A stretch of 64,000 nt of DNA from a virus (IMGVR_UViG_3300012348_000120), one strand, 5' to 3'; positions 8,625 through 17,744 are shown, counted from the stretch's first letter. The notes: generated from the sequence alone by a model not told the origin. Numbers and translations: made by a program.

Positions 8625-9797
8625 TTACATTTTTGTTGTTGTGGACTCGTATGTCCGATTGTATTGATTATTTACTCGAATAAATGTTGTGCATTTACTG
8701 AGTTGTTTCAGAGTTGGTGCGCCAACATATGTGCAAGTTGATCGTATTCCTCCGAGAATGGTTTGAACCGTAGATGAAACATTTCCACGATACGGAACTA
8801 ATACTTCCCTGCCTTCACTTGCCCGATAGTCCTTGAGGCCACCAAAGTGTTTTTCATTTGCAGCATCAGAACTCATACCATAGAACTGAACAAACTTCTT
8901 TTCTTTAACAACTGGAATATATGCCCTGTATTCTTCTGGGCGTCCAGTATTTGTATATTCACCCGTGGCATACCATTTACTTATGATTTCGCCGCCGCCT
9001 TCATCATGGCCAGCAAGCATTCCACCGAGCATCACAAAATCGGCCCCTGCTGCAAAAGCCTTTGCAACATCACCAGCACAGACACAACCGCCATCAGCAA
9101 TAATATGTCCCCCAAGACCATGAGCGGCATCAGCACATTCGATGATGGCCGATAGTTGAGGATAACCAACCCCAGTTTGTATACGAGTAGTGCACACGCT
9201 GCCAGGGCCAATCCCAACTTTAACAATATCGGCTCCATTTAGAATTAACTCCTGTGTTTGATCTGCGGTTACAACGTTTCCTGCAATGATCACGATGTTT
9301 GGATAAATTTTACGAATGTTTTTCACATGCTCAACAAAATGCTGACTGTATCCATTCGCAACATCAATGCACAAGTATTTCAGCTTTTCCCCAACTCTGG
9401 CATAGACTTGAACAAATTTATCATAGTCGGAATTGCTAATGCCAATACTCATCGCTACATGTTGAGTTATACGTTCAATGTTTTGTGAAAAGAACTCAAC
9501 AAGTTCTTCCTTAGAATATGTCTTGACCAAGCAAGTAAATATGCCTTGACTGGACAGAACGTCTGCCATTTTAAATGTTCCAACGCCATCCATGTTTGCT
9601 GCCATAATCGGAACTCCCTTGTATTGAGAGTAGTGACGATCAAACACTTCATTCATAGTTTCGTTTGGACTTGAAACATAGTTTCGAAACGTATACGACC
9701 GTTCCAGACTTACATCTGAACGGCTTTTGAGTGTGCTTCGTTTTGGACGAATTAGAACATCACTATAATCAAGTAACACTTCATTTTCTATACGCAT
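8625..9797 (-). CDS. guaC: GMP reductase (IMPDH/GuaC family)
   Basis: N-terminus [29 protein letters not shown] is near-identical to bacterial GuaC; catalytic-Cys loop [11 protein letters not shown]. Confidence 0.85.
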   Translation of the reverse strand: MRIENEVLLDYSDVLIRPKRSTLKSRSDVSLERSYTFRNYVSSPNETMNEVFDRHYSQYKGVPIMAANMDGVGTFKMADVLSSQGIFTCLVKTYSKEELVEFFSQNIERITQHVAMSIGISNSDYDKFVQVYARVGEKLKYLCIDVANGYSQHFVEHVKNIRKIYPNIVIIAGNVVTADQTQELILNGADIVKVGIGPGSVCTTRIQTGVGYPQLSAIIECADAAHGLGGHIIADGGCVCAGDVAKAFAAGADFVMLGGMLAGHDEGGGEIISKWYATGEYTNTGRPEEYRAYIPVVKEKKFVQFYGMSSDAANEKHFGGLKDYRASEGREVLVPYRGNVSSTVQTILGGIRSTCTYVGAPTLKQLSKCTTFIRVNNQYNRTYESTTTKM

Positions 9798-9999
9798 TCT
9801 TATTCCTATTTTTTACGTGTTGTTTTATAAATTCAACAGGAACATTAGGATTTAAATTGACCAATTCCTGTTCAGTATATGTTTCTGGTTTGCGAACACC
9901 GAACTTGTCGAATTGTTCGTAAGCCCAATCTGTTAAATCTTTTTTGTCTTTGAAAATCATTAGTATTTTCCATGTAATAAAGGGTGGGACGTTGCCCAC
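9781..9999 (-). CDS. hypothetical protein
   Basis: 72-aa ORF. Confidence 0.45.
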   Translation of the reverse strand: MGNVPPFITWKILMIFKDKKDLTDWAYEQFDKFGVRKPETYTEQELVNLNPNVPVEFIKQHVKNRNKNAYRK

Positions 10000-10006
10000 C
10001 CTTATT

Positions 10007-10279
10007 TTACTTACCGAGAATTTGTTTGAATTCTGTCAGGGTGTCGGCATCAACTAAGTCACTTCGGTAGAGTGCGTATCGTTTTGTGTTGCCATTATAT
10101 ACACCTACTTCGGTCACATCCCCACGATCATTGGTAGAAATCATGCCGTATAGATTTTCCTTGCCGCGAAACTGCTTTGCCAGTTTAATCGCTTCATCAA
10201 GAGAAGGAGTCCGAGAACGCCGCTGGTTTGATTGATTTGATTGAGGGCGACGATTCTTCTGATTAGTTTGGTTTGTCAT
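10007..10279 (-). CDS. hypothetical basic protein
   Basis: 90-aa ORF with RBS gaggaaaat before the ATG; preceded by an unusually long (about 300 nt) leader. Confidence 0.5.
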   Translation of the reverse strand: MTNQTNQKNRRPQSNQSNQRRSRTPSLDEAIKLAKQFRGKENLYGMISTNDRGDVTEVGVYNGNTKRYALYRSDLVDADTLTEFKQILGK

Positions 10280-10371
10280 ATTTTCCTCATATTGACAAAT
10301 TTAAAAAAGAGAAAGTTTTCAACTTGAGGTGAAGCATTTCTCATTACGGCTTCACCGATTAATTAATAAGA

Positions 10372-10530
10372 ATAACGATGACGGTTACATGACACCTACT
10401 CCAAGTGGAGGTTGAAGGTTAGTTTTTTGTTTTACGAGCAGCATTCCCATTATTCGGCGCTCATCATACTAAATTAGTCTCATATATCTATTAGTCAGTC
10501 ATAACATTAAGATGTAACCGTCATCGTCGC
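10372..10530. repeat. perfect 15-bp inverted repeat (CGATGACGGTTACAT / ATGTAACCGTCATCG) separated by about 120 bp, inside a 300-nt untranslated leader
   Basis: read directly: 10376-10390 and 10512-10526 are exact reverse complements; no ORF between them. Confidence 0.6.
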
Positions 10531-10564
10531 ATTTTGTTCTCCACGGTCAAGTTCTTGTTTCTGA

Positions 10565-10603
10565 TGTATTATTTATATCAGATTCGTGTCAAAGTGTCAA
10601 GAC
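10565..10603 (-). promoter_or_regulatory. early promoter with duplicated -35-like TGTCAA boxes
   Basis: gattcgtgtcaaagtgtcaagac; TTGACA occurs twice 9 bp apart. Confidence 0.45.
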
Positions 10604-11134
10604 TTATTCACTATCTTTGTAGAAAATATGATTGTCAATCACTTTCGTTTCTACGAAGTCTGAACTCCAATACGGATTTACGTAATCCGCATGATACATT
10701 GTTGCTCCACCAGTTGGGTCTGGAATTTGCCCATATGTATGGATTGCAACTTCTGCAACGAATTGTGCAAGCATCCAAGATGTTTTATCTTTTGGTTTGT
10801 CAGACATTCCGTCTTCTGTCCAAGAGAATTGGCCATCTTGCCAAACTACTTCACATACGCTTTTTGGGTAATTTTCATTTGTAACCCGATTGAGTGTCAC
10901 CCAAGCAACTGCCCGTTGCCCAAGAAACGATTGATTTCGTGCTTCAAAATAAATATTTTTTGCAAGACAATCTGTTTGTTTTTCAATATTCACTTGTTGA
11001 ATTTCGTTGTCGATAGACTTGGCCATAGCCACACGTCTTTCCGACTCTGCTTTTACCTCATGAACTCCGAGACCCGCAAGTCCTATTGCTACAGTAGCAT
11101 TCATGAGAAACGCTGCAAGGTTTAACCTTTTCAT
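10604..11134 (-). CDS. SleB-family cell-wall hydrolase with N-terminal signal or SAR-like segment (endolysin candidate)
   Basis: Hydrolase_2-like core (CLAKNIYFEARNQS...VAWVTLNRV...YPKSVCEVVWQDGQFSW); Gly/Ala-rich weakly hydrophobic N-terminus LAAFLMNATVAIGLAGLG. Confidence 0.75.
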   Translation of the reverse strand: MKRLNLAAFLMNATVAIGLAGLGVHEVKAESERRVAMAKSIDNEIQQVNIEKQTDCLAKNIYFEARNQSFLGQRAVAWVTLNRVTNENYPKSVCEVVWQDGQFSWTEDGMSDKPKDKTSWMLAQFVAEVAIHTYGQIPDPTGGATMYHADYVNPYWSSDFVETKVIDNHIFYKDSE

Positions 11135-11154
11135 TGTTGCTCCATGTTTGTTTC

Positions 11155-11196
11155 TTTTGCATCTTACTTATATTCTGATTCGTCGGTCGTGTCAAG
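11155..11196 (-). promoter_or_regulatory. early promoter (copy) for the hydrolase gene
   Basis: gene-sense TTGACAcgaccgacgaatcagaaTATAAGtaag. Confidence 0.5.
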
Positions 11197-11201
11197 GATT
11201 A

Positions 11202-11744
11202 TTATGCGAAAATTTTCAATATTTCGAGTTCTATATAATCTTTGTTTCGTTCAATATAAGCAACATCACCGATGGAACATCCTAATAGTTCTTTTCCAAC
11301 TGGTGATTTATGACTTATAACGCCCTCAGATGGATTACTTTCCATCTCTCCAAGGATTGTGTATGTTATAATTTTGTCAGTTGATAAGTTTTTCACAGTC
11401 ACACTAAGCCCAACTTCGACCTTACTATATTCCCCCTTTTTTTTCGCTGGTATGATAGTATATGTTTCTGCTACGATTTGGAGTTTTGCAATCTCCATAT
11501 CTAATCTCATCATTTCTTCCAGCGCCATAGAGAATTCTTCATTTTCTTCTATGCCGCCGTTTTCTCTGGCATCTTTAAGTTGCTCAGAAATTAGTGGTTT
11601 CTTTTTGGAAAGGATTTGAATCTTTTCCAAAATTTGTTTTCTTCCCTGTTCGGTAATAATGTCCCCACTCACTTCGTAGTATTCCTTGTTATTATTGTTG
11701 TGGTTATATTTATCGAAAACCACAAATGAAAGAGCATTATTCAC
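11202..11744 (-). CDS. GreA/GreB-family transcript-cleavage-factor-like protein
   Basis: coiled-coil N-domain with acidic tip plus C-terminal FKBP-like domain (VEVGLSVTVKNLSTDKIITYTILGE...SPVGKELLGCSIGDV). Confidence 0.65.
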   Translation of the reverse strand: MNNALSFVVFDKYNHNNNNKEYYEVSGDIITEQGRKQILEKIQILSKKKPLISEQLKDARENGGIEENEEFSMALEEMMRLDMEIAKLQIVAETYTIIPAKKKGEYSKVEVGLSVTVKNLSTDKIITYTILGEMESNPSEGVISHKSPVGKELLGCSIGDVAYIERNKDYIELEILKIFA

Positions 11745-12009
11745 TTTGCGTAACCTTATCGTTTATAATAGAGAAAACTTCAAACAAGTTGTCATCAATA
11801 TCATTTAGGTAATTGATGTGTGATTGAAATAGCATACTCAGTAAAATCATATTTTCTGCGGTCTGAATGTCATACGCATTATATTTGTATTTCATAAGTA
11901 TGGTTATAATGGATTTCATCAACTCTAATGACTCTATTTCATCTGTGCGAGTTGAAATAGAGTCATCTTTCTTGGAACGATAGTCTTCCAAATTTATTAT
12001 ATTACTCAT
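11737..12009 (-). CDS. hypothetical protein
   Basis: 90-aa ORF; ATGA coupling. Confidence 0.5.
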   Translation of the reverse strand: MSNIINLEDYRSKKDDSISTRTDEIESLELMKSIITILMKYKYNAYDIQTAENMILLSMLFQSHINYLNDIDDNLFEVFSIINDKVTQSE

Positions 12010-12545
12010 CGGATAGACAAACCTAATGTAGCAATAGCATCTTGGACAGACTTCGCTTGAAACTTCGCATCCTGCAACGGATCATGTTTCAAAAATGTGT
12101 ATTTCTTCCTTGGGTCATCTGGAAGAATACCAAACAATGTGGCACTATCTTTGATTCCCCAATAAGGCCAAGGAACGGGCGAGTCATATTGCTTGCACAT
12201 ATTCTGAACAATGCCAATATCCATCAGAATGCGTTGTGACCATACTGTGTCACAGCCAACATACCACTTCTTCAAGTGGCGTAGCATTTCTTGTGGTGAT
12301 ACACGATTGTCTGGCGAGAATGCCATTTCAATCGCATCTTTGTCCTGAGTAGACCACCAATCCAGCGTCTCAGTGCTTACGGTTCTACCAGTGCTTTCCT
12401 GACAGTCAATATCAACCCGAAAGAAAAACTCATCAAACGGGTCTTCTTTTGTATTCGGATTGAATTTTACTCCACCGATGGATAGAACCTGTGCGGTTGG
12501 AGACACGTCAAGTGTCTCCAAATCAATCATTGCATGTATTGTCAT
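12006..12545 (-). CDS. dexA: DnaQ-like 3'-5' exonuclease (T4 DexA-like)
   Basis: Exo I motif IDLETLD at the N-terminus, 179 aa. Confidence 0.7.
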   Translation of the reverse strand: MTIHAMIDLETLDVSPTAQVLSIGGVKFNPNTKEDPFDEFFFRVDIDCQESTGRTVSTETLDWWSTQDKDAIEMAFSPDNRVSPQEMLRHLKKWYVGCDTVWSQRILMDIGIVQNMCKQYDSPVPWPYWGIKDSATLFGILPDDPRKKYTFLKHDPLQDAKFQAKSVQDAIATLGLSIR

Positions 12546-12559
12546 TATTTTTCCTGTAA

Positions 12560-13027
12560 TTAAATACCATACGTATCTAGCAATAACTGCCCAACACGTT
12601 TCATATCTACTTTCGCCCCAAATGCGAATCTTGCAGCTTGCATAAATTCACTTTTCTTTGGAGTTGTTTCTGGGGTTTTGTCTTTCATTATCGAATTTAA
12701 CAAATTCAAAATTTCTTCCTCAGATGCCATTTGTGGCAGAACACCAGAAAGAATATTCTTTTCAAAATTCAGGGCGACACGGCGACCATCATCAATATTC
12801 AGCTTTAAGTTTTCGTCAATAGTGACGATAAGTTTTTGAATAACCTTGATGGCTTCGTCTTCTGTGGTTTCACGGTTGCCGTTATTCTTGCCAACCTTTT
12901 CAATTTCGCTAAGTGCAAAAAGAATGGATGGCGCAATAGGACTGCGAGTTTTACGCAGTGCGATGGATTCAGCTTTTAGTTTTTCAATAACACTCATTTT
13001 CTTTTCCTTAGCTACATAGTCCTGCAA
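12560..13027 (-). CDS. GatB/YqeY-domain protein
   Basis: C-terminal segment ILSGVLPQMASEEEILNLLNSI...KSEFMQAARFAFGAKVDMKRVGQLL resembles YqeY. Confidence 0.55.
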   Translation of the reverse strand: MQDYVAKEKKMSVIEKLKAESIALRKTRSPIAPSILFALSEIEKVGKNNGNRETTEDEAIKVIQKLIVTIDENLKLNIDDGRRVALNFEKNILSGVLPQMASEEEILNLLNSIMKDKTPETTPKKSEFMQAARFAFGAKVDMKRVGQLLLDTYGI

Positions 13028-13403
13028 GCATTTGATAGTGTTCCCATGCTTCTTTTACGGCGGGAACGTTGTCAAGTTCGTCAATTGGAACTGCACAATC
13101 AAGCCAATAATAGTTCAGCCGAAGTGGATTTGAACCAAACTTTCGCGGTTGGTGTATCTTTCCACTGTCATATAACTTGACTGCCAGTTTCCGAAAATCG
13201 TCGTATTTTTCAGCATGTGCATACCATTCTGGATTTGACCAACCACCTCGTGTGTATCCTTCCCAGATTTGATTCCATTCTGAGTCCACGTGAGGCGAAA
13301 AGTCGGTTCTTGAAATGATGACCATTACGTCATGAAAGTCAACCTTTCCTTCGTAGATGTCACGCATACAGCGACTAAAACTCAATCCGACTTTCATTTG
13401 CAC
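13008..13403 (-). CDS. hypothetical protein, paralog A of a tandem pair
   Basis: C-terminus AVKEAWEHYQMLAGLCS matches the neighbour's AVKLAWDHYRMLSGLCK. Confidence 0.5.
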   Translation of the reverse strand: MQMKVGLSFSRCMRDIYEGKVDFHDVMVIISRTDFSPHVDSEWNQIWEGYTRGGWSNPEWYAHAEKYDDFRKLAVKLYDSGKIHQPRKFGSNPLRLNYYWLDCAVPIDELDNVPAVKEAWEHYQMLAGLCS

Positions 13404-13801
13404 AATCCTGACAACATTCTATAATGATCCCACGCCAACTTTACCGCTGGCTCCATATCTTTTTCTCTTAGGTTTATCTGATACCAGTGATCACGTATTG
13501 ACTGATTTGCTCTCACAAGCAAGTTGATCGGATTACCTGTATCGCGAACCACTATAACACCATCTTGATACAGTGTCAAGCACAAATGATAAACTTCTTC
13601 AAAATCAAATAGGTGTAACACATTGTTTCCTTTTGATAGATTGACAACCATCGGATCAACTTGACCATCATACCAGTGAGTAAACGAATCCATATTTTTT
13701 ATGTTTACTTCATGTGCGATTATACAGTAAACATCGTTGATGTTTACTTTTTTTAGTAGTATGTCGCTGACACAATACGAAAGTTTTGTTCCGAGTAACA
13801 T
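13394..13801 (-). CDS. hypothetical protein, paralog B of a tandem pair
   Basis: same length class and shared C-terminal motif with CDS 13008..13403. Confidence 0.5.
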   Translation of the reverse strand: MLLGTKLSYCVSDILLKKVNINDVYCIIAHEVNIKNMDSFTHWYDGQVDPMVVNLSKGNNVLHLFDFEEVYHLCLTLYQDGVIVVRDTGNPINLLVRANQSIRDHWYQINLREKDMEPAVKLAWDHYRMLSGLCK

Positions 13802-14520
13802 TATAGCTTTCTTAGTTTGTTATTTACTTCTATCACTTTTTCAAGGATTTCACTGTTGCTGAAGTTCAGAAAGGCTTCTGTATCCTTTGGAAAGCAGTAA
13901 CCACCAAATCCCAACCCACCTTCATCATTTGGTGCCATCATATGACTTGGACCGATGTTTGGGAATTGAGATAGAATGTTTACCATAGAGTAAAAATTAG
14001 CTTCTGGAACAAGGGAATATATTTCATGAAAAAAGGCAACCTTCGTTGCAAGCCATACGTTATGCATATACTTTACCATACTTGCGGTATGCCGATCAGT
14101 TTCCATAATTTTGGCATCAATGTAAGAAAACACATGCTTCCAGTAAAATAGCTGAGAGTGGTCCCCACCAAGAACCATAATCTGTTGGTTCTTGAAATCC
14201 TCATAAGCATGAGCCGCCCGTAAAAACTCTGGATAGTAACTCACGTTATTTGGATATAGTGCGATAAGATCAGGAGGAACAGTGCTTTTCAGCAATATCG
14301 GAATATCACCAAGTTTTTCTATGATGAACCGTATTAGAGAATCGTCACATTTTCCATCTACTGTTGGAGTAGGAAGGCATATAATAGCAGACTGAAAGTT
14401 TGAAAAACTTGAAAGGTCTGTATCAAGTTTTGGGTCAACTCGCCCAACTGTATGTCTATTTTTTTCTAGGCTTGTTGCAACAGTTTCACCAACAAACCCA
14501 CATCCGATTACTAATATCAT
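13801..14520 (-). CDS. nucleotide-sugar dehydrogenase-like protein (UDP-glucose/GDP-mannose dehydrogenase family) lacking the C-terminal sugar-nucleotide-binding domain
   Basis: Rossmann start MILVIGCGFVGETVA, ICLPTP, PEFLRAAHAYEDF, catalytic-Cys motif GFGGYCFPKDTEAF; only 239 aa. Confidence 0.7.
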   Translation of the reverse strand: MILVIGCGFVGETVATSLEKNRHTVGRVDPKLDTDLSSFSNFQSAIICLPTPTVDGKCDDSLIRFIIEKLGDIPILLKSTVPPDLIALYPNNVSYYPEFLRAAHAYEDFKNQQIMVLGGDHSQLFYWKHVFSYIDAKIMETDRHTASMVKYMHNVWLATKVAFFHEIYSLVPEANFYSMVNILSQFPNIGPSHMMAPNDEGGLGFGGYCFPKDTEAFLNFSNSEILEKVIEVNNKLRKL

Positions 14521-14720
14521 TCTTCTATCTCAGCCCACCAACAACGACAAGGAATTTCTTTGTTTGGGAAACTATCTATAATTGATTGTGGGTAGCCCTC
14601 AGAAACCAACCAACGATGGAAATCAAAATCTTCTTTGAGTGTGAAATATTCTTCATGCATCTGTTTCGGAAAGCCATACTTCCAACCCTCTGGCGGGTCA
14701 ACCATTAGAACTTTTTGCAT
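14517..14720 (-). CDS. hypothetical protein
   Basis: 67-aa ORF, ATGA coupling. Confidence 0.45.
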   Translation of the reverse strand: MQKVLMVDPPEGWKYGFPKQMHEEYFTLKEDFDFHRWLVSEGYPQSIIDSFPNKEIPCRCWWAEIEE

Positions 14721-14854
14721 TTATTCCTCTTGCTTTGAAAGTAGATACATTTTCCAATAATGCTCAAAACATTTTGGATAGTGTTCTGGGTTTGGAATCT
14801 TACTTCCAAACATTTCAATGAACTCTTGAATTTGATCGTCAGTTGGTTTTGATT

Positions 14855-15697
14855 TTACGTCCACAGACTTCCTCTAACTTTGATCAGGCGAATAAGCATT
14901 TCAGTTTCTTCATCTTCGTATGCTTTTTCCATTTCGCGAATTTTATCATGCATTGAACGAGTATCCCATTTTTCTTCATCTGGGTCTTCTTCAAGAAAGT
15001 CTACGCCACGTTCACGCTTGTTGTCGCAGTATTCACTCCAACCGCTTACATCATATGGGTCTGGACGATTTGGATATACTTCTGTCCACCAAATGTAAAG
15101 ATCGTAGATTTCTTTTGCAGCAATGGATTGATAAGTTGGCTGTGCTTCAGATTTCTTATCTTCATCAAGCCATTCCTCATCGGTCAAGCCCATTTCCCAT
15201 TTCAGGTGTTCAATACCAGCTTCGGCACTTCTCCAAGTGCGAGTGCGCCAGCGACCAACTTGCCACCACTTCATGCCTTTTTGCTTTTCTTCGCACCAGC
15301 GATAATTGCTATATGCTTTTTCAATTTCAACAAAGTCGGCAAGTTCATCAAACAGACAAATCAGAATGCGATTATCAAAGTCGCGATACTCACCAGGTTT
15401 GATATGCTTTGGATGTGCAACAAGTGCATTTGACTGGTCAATCCAACGATTGACAATATAGTATTTCACTTCGTAAAGTTTGTCGATGGGCCAGTTTACA
15501 AAATTCTGAACTTTATCCAAGCCTTCTTCTGCCAACCAATAGCGGAAAGAATGCTTTTGTTTCGCTTCATTCTTCCATTGTTTCCAACCAGAACCAGACG
15601 CAACGTATGGTTTTTCAGTTCCACGAAGCCAGTCGGCAAACTTACTACAAGACCAATAATTATTTCTACTTACCATTTTTTGCAATCCTTTGATCAC
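14855..15697 (-). CDS. hypothetical Trp-rich protein with acidic C-terminus
   Basis: 280-aa ORF. Confidence 0.5.
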   Translation of the reverse strand: MIKGLQKMVSRNNYWSCSKFADWLRGTEKPYVASGSGWKQWKNEAKQKHSFRYWLAEEGLDKVQNFVNWPIDKLYEVKYYIVNRWIDQSNALVAHPKHIKPGEYRDFDNRILICLFDELADFVEIEKAYSNYRWCEEKQKGMKWWQVGRWRTRTWRSAEAGIEHLKWEMGLTDEEWLDEDKKSEAQPTYQSIAAKEIYDLYIWWTEVYPNRPDPYDVSGWSEYCDNKRERGVDFLEEDPDEEKWDTRSMHDKIREMEKAYEDEETEMLIRLIKVRGSLWT

Positions 15698-16049
15698 GAA
15701 ACTGTTTCACATCTTCAATCGCTGATTTCAGCACAGCAGAATAATTGAGTGCAGTCTGCTCATTCAACACAATAGTAGTTTCCATTTCTGCGTATCCTTT
15801 GGATAGGATTTGCCAGATTTGTTTCCACCGATTAGACTTCCACCACTTGGTATGCTGCTTGTGATAAATGTGGACTTGGACAAGCATATCATCTGCCTCT
15901 ACTTCAACAATGTGAGCACAATCTTCATTGCTACAATCACACTGCACATAGTAGAACTTTGCGTCTCCATAGTCGCCTTGTTTTAGAATACCTGATGCTG
16001 GTGTCTCTGGTGTCATACTTCTTTGACCTTTCCCTTTTCGTAATCCCAT
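15666..16049 (-). CDS. hypothetical protein (Cys/His-rich)
   Basis: 127-aa ORF. Confidence 0.45.
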   Translation of the reverse strand: MGLRKGKGQRSMTPETPASGILKQGDYGDAKFYYVQCDCSNEDCAHIVEVEADDMLVQVHIYHKQHTKWWKSNRWKQIWQILSKGYAEMETTIVLNEQTALNYSAVLKSAIEDVKQFRDQRIAKNGK

Positions 16050-16246
16050 CCTTGTCCACCAAGGATTTCCATCATTTTATACATTTCTGCTTTTTCTTGG
16101 CATTGCCTTGGTTCGCCAATGCTACCAACCATTGCAAAACAAGTCATGCAGCGATAACCCATATCTGATTCAGAATCCCACCTTGCAATATTGTTACAAG
16201 GTGGAATAATAAACTTTGGCGTCATTACTTTGTTGCTTCCAAACAT
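16013..16246 (-). CDS. hypothetical Cys-rich small protein
   Basis: 77-aa ORF. Confidence 0.4.
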   Translation of the reverse strand: MFGSNKVMTPKFIIPPCNNIARWDSESDMGYRCMTCFAMVGSIGEPRQCQEKAEMYKMMEILGGQGWDYEKGKVKEV

Positions 16247-16527
16247 GCAATATATGAAATGCCAGCAACCGATTCTGGGGCGGCAGTCGGCATCTTGTCA
16301 TAGACAATTTTGATGATTCCAAGTGCGACTTCTTCATCCAGACCTTGTTCAACAAGTGCTACGTATGCAGTAGATGCTGTCTGTCCCTCGTCTCTATATG
16401 CGGCGGTAACTCCAGCAAGTCGTCCCACAGCATTACAAAGTAATTCCCTGTCGGTGTCAGATATAGGTTGAGCAATTACAGCCAAGGGAGTAATAGCCAA
16501 CAGAGTAGCAAGTAGTAGTGATTTCAT
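16225..16527 (-). CDS. secreted protein with signal peptide (start trimmed to MKSLLLATLLAI)
   Basis: RBS ggagaacgaa before the ATG; classic n/h/c signal peptide ending AVIAQP. Confidence 0.5.
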   Translation of the reverse strand: MKSLLLATLLAITPLAVIAQPISDTDRELLCNAVGRLAGVTAAYRDEGQTASTAYVALVEQGLDEEVALGIIKIVYDKMPTAAPESVAGISYIACLEATK

Positions 16528-16547
16528 TTCGTTCTCCAAACGGTAGG

Positions 16548-16889
16548 TTATGCAACACCCTGTAGAATCTTCCACATATGGGCGGTCTTCTGCTTTTCCG
16601 CCCAATCTGAACGGATACCATTGGTGTCTTTGCACCAATTTTTGAAATTACCCTCATTGCCAAAACTACCATTTGGAAATTCAAGATAAATCCATTTTGC
16701 CTGACGTGTCATTAGTGGAGCATTGAAGTGGTCTGCTCTTGCCGAAGCAAGATACAGATTGCCACTCAGCAATGCGGTTGTGTATCCACCAGGTTCAATC
16801 CCAAGAAAAAGATACAATTCCAACGCTTCTACCATATAGTTGTTAAAAATATCATTTGGGATTTCAAACACGCCCTGAATGTCTTTCAT
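16548..16889 (-). CDS. hypothetical protein
   Basis: 113-aa ORF. Confidence 0.5.
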   Translation of the reverse strand: MKDIQGVFEIPNDIFNNYMVEALELYLFLGIEPGGYTTALLSGNLYLASARADHFNAPLMTRQAKWIYLEFPNGSFGNEGNFKNWCKDTNGIRSDWAEKQKTAHMWKILQGVA

Positions 16890-17038
16890 TCTTTTGCCTT
16901 TTTCTCTAAGATTTCAATGTATTGTAGCACACGATCTAGGCGATTCGCAAGGGTGTGAAACCCTTCATCCCACATCCAATCAATATCTTGTTCTAGCATC
17001 TTTTTTAGGCTGTCAGAATTTGGCATTGTTTTCTCCAT
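16886..17038 (-). CDS. small hypothetical protein (about 50 aa)
   Basis: not in the ORF track; ATGA-coupled to the downstream gene; weak RBS. Confidence 0.3.
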   Translation of the reverse strand: MEKTMPNSDSLKKMLEQDIDWMWDEGFHTLANRLDRVLQYIEILEKKAKE

Positions 17039-17090
17039 TGCACCAAAGTTTTTGTAGAGTTGATGGTAGTAGGTTGGCTAAAAGCCAACC

Positions 17091-17744
17091 TTATTGATCA
17101 AGCGGCGTAGTCGCGAGTTTTACGCCTTCAAAATACTTCGTAGCTTTTTCGCTCTTGGTATCAACTGCAACAACTTTTGCAATTGTGATGCCTTTGGTAT
17201 CATCAGTTTTGAGTAGCAAATCGCCAACCGAAACTGAACCTTCTTTACCAAGATACGAATACTCAGTTCCTTGTCCATTGAATTTGACAGAGAATGTGAA
17301 TGGCATAACCACTTCGACCTCTCGCTTGTCAAATGCTTCAAGATCACCAGAACCTTTCATTTCAAGAACGTATTTTCCAGTGCTATTGATCGCAAGACCA
17401 ATACCGAACCGTGGATTTGGTTCTTTCGTTTGAAATAGTTTACCCTTCATAGTAGTATTACCCTTCTGTTCATTGTTTCCATCAATCCTGACAAACTCAC
17501 TCATATGACGATAAGAAATCATACCACCACTATGCTCATAGCGGGCAGAAACTTTGTCATTGCCATATACACTTTCAACTATCAGTGGTCTTGTTCCAAA
17601 TCCGAGACGAACCCTGTCGCCTACAACAAGTTTCATGCTGTTTCCTTTTTTCTTCGTTTTTGTGATGTGATGGTATGGCGGGTCATCAAACCAACCGTCA
17701 ACCATGTGGTCAATATAATCGTCTGTATAATCGCTCATATCCAT
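17091..17744 (-). CDS. hypothetical protein
   Basis: 217-aa ORF; variant early promoter at about 17762-17790 (caatcattcgcctaagtcaagg). Confidence 0.5.
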   Translation of the reverse strand: MDMSDYTDDYIDHMVDGWFDDPPYHHITKTKKKGNSMKLVVGDRVRLGFGTRPLIVESVYGNDKVSARYEHSGGMISYRHMSEFVRIDGNNEQKGNTTMKGKLFQTKEPNPRFGIGLAINSTGKYVLEMKGSGDLEAFDKREVEVVMPFTFSVKFNGQGTEYSYLGKEGSVSVGDLLLKTDDTKGITIAKVVAVDTKSEKATKYFEGVKLATTPLDQ

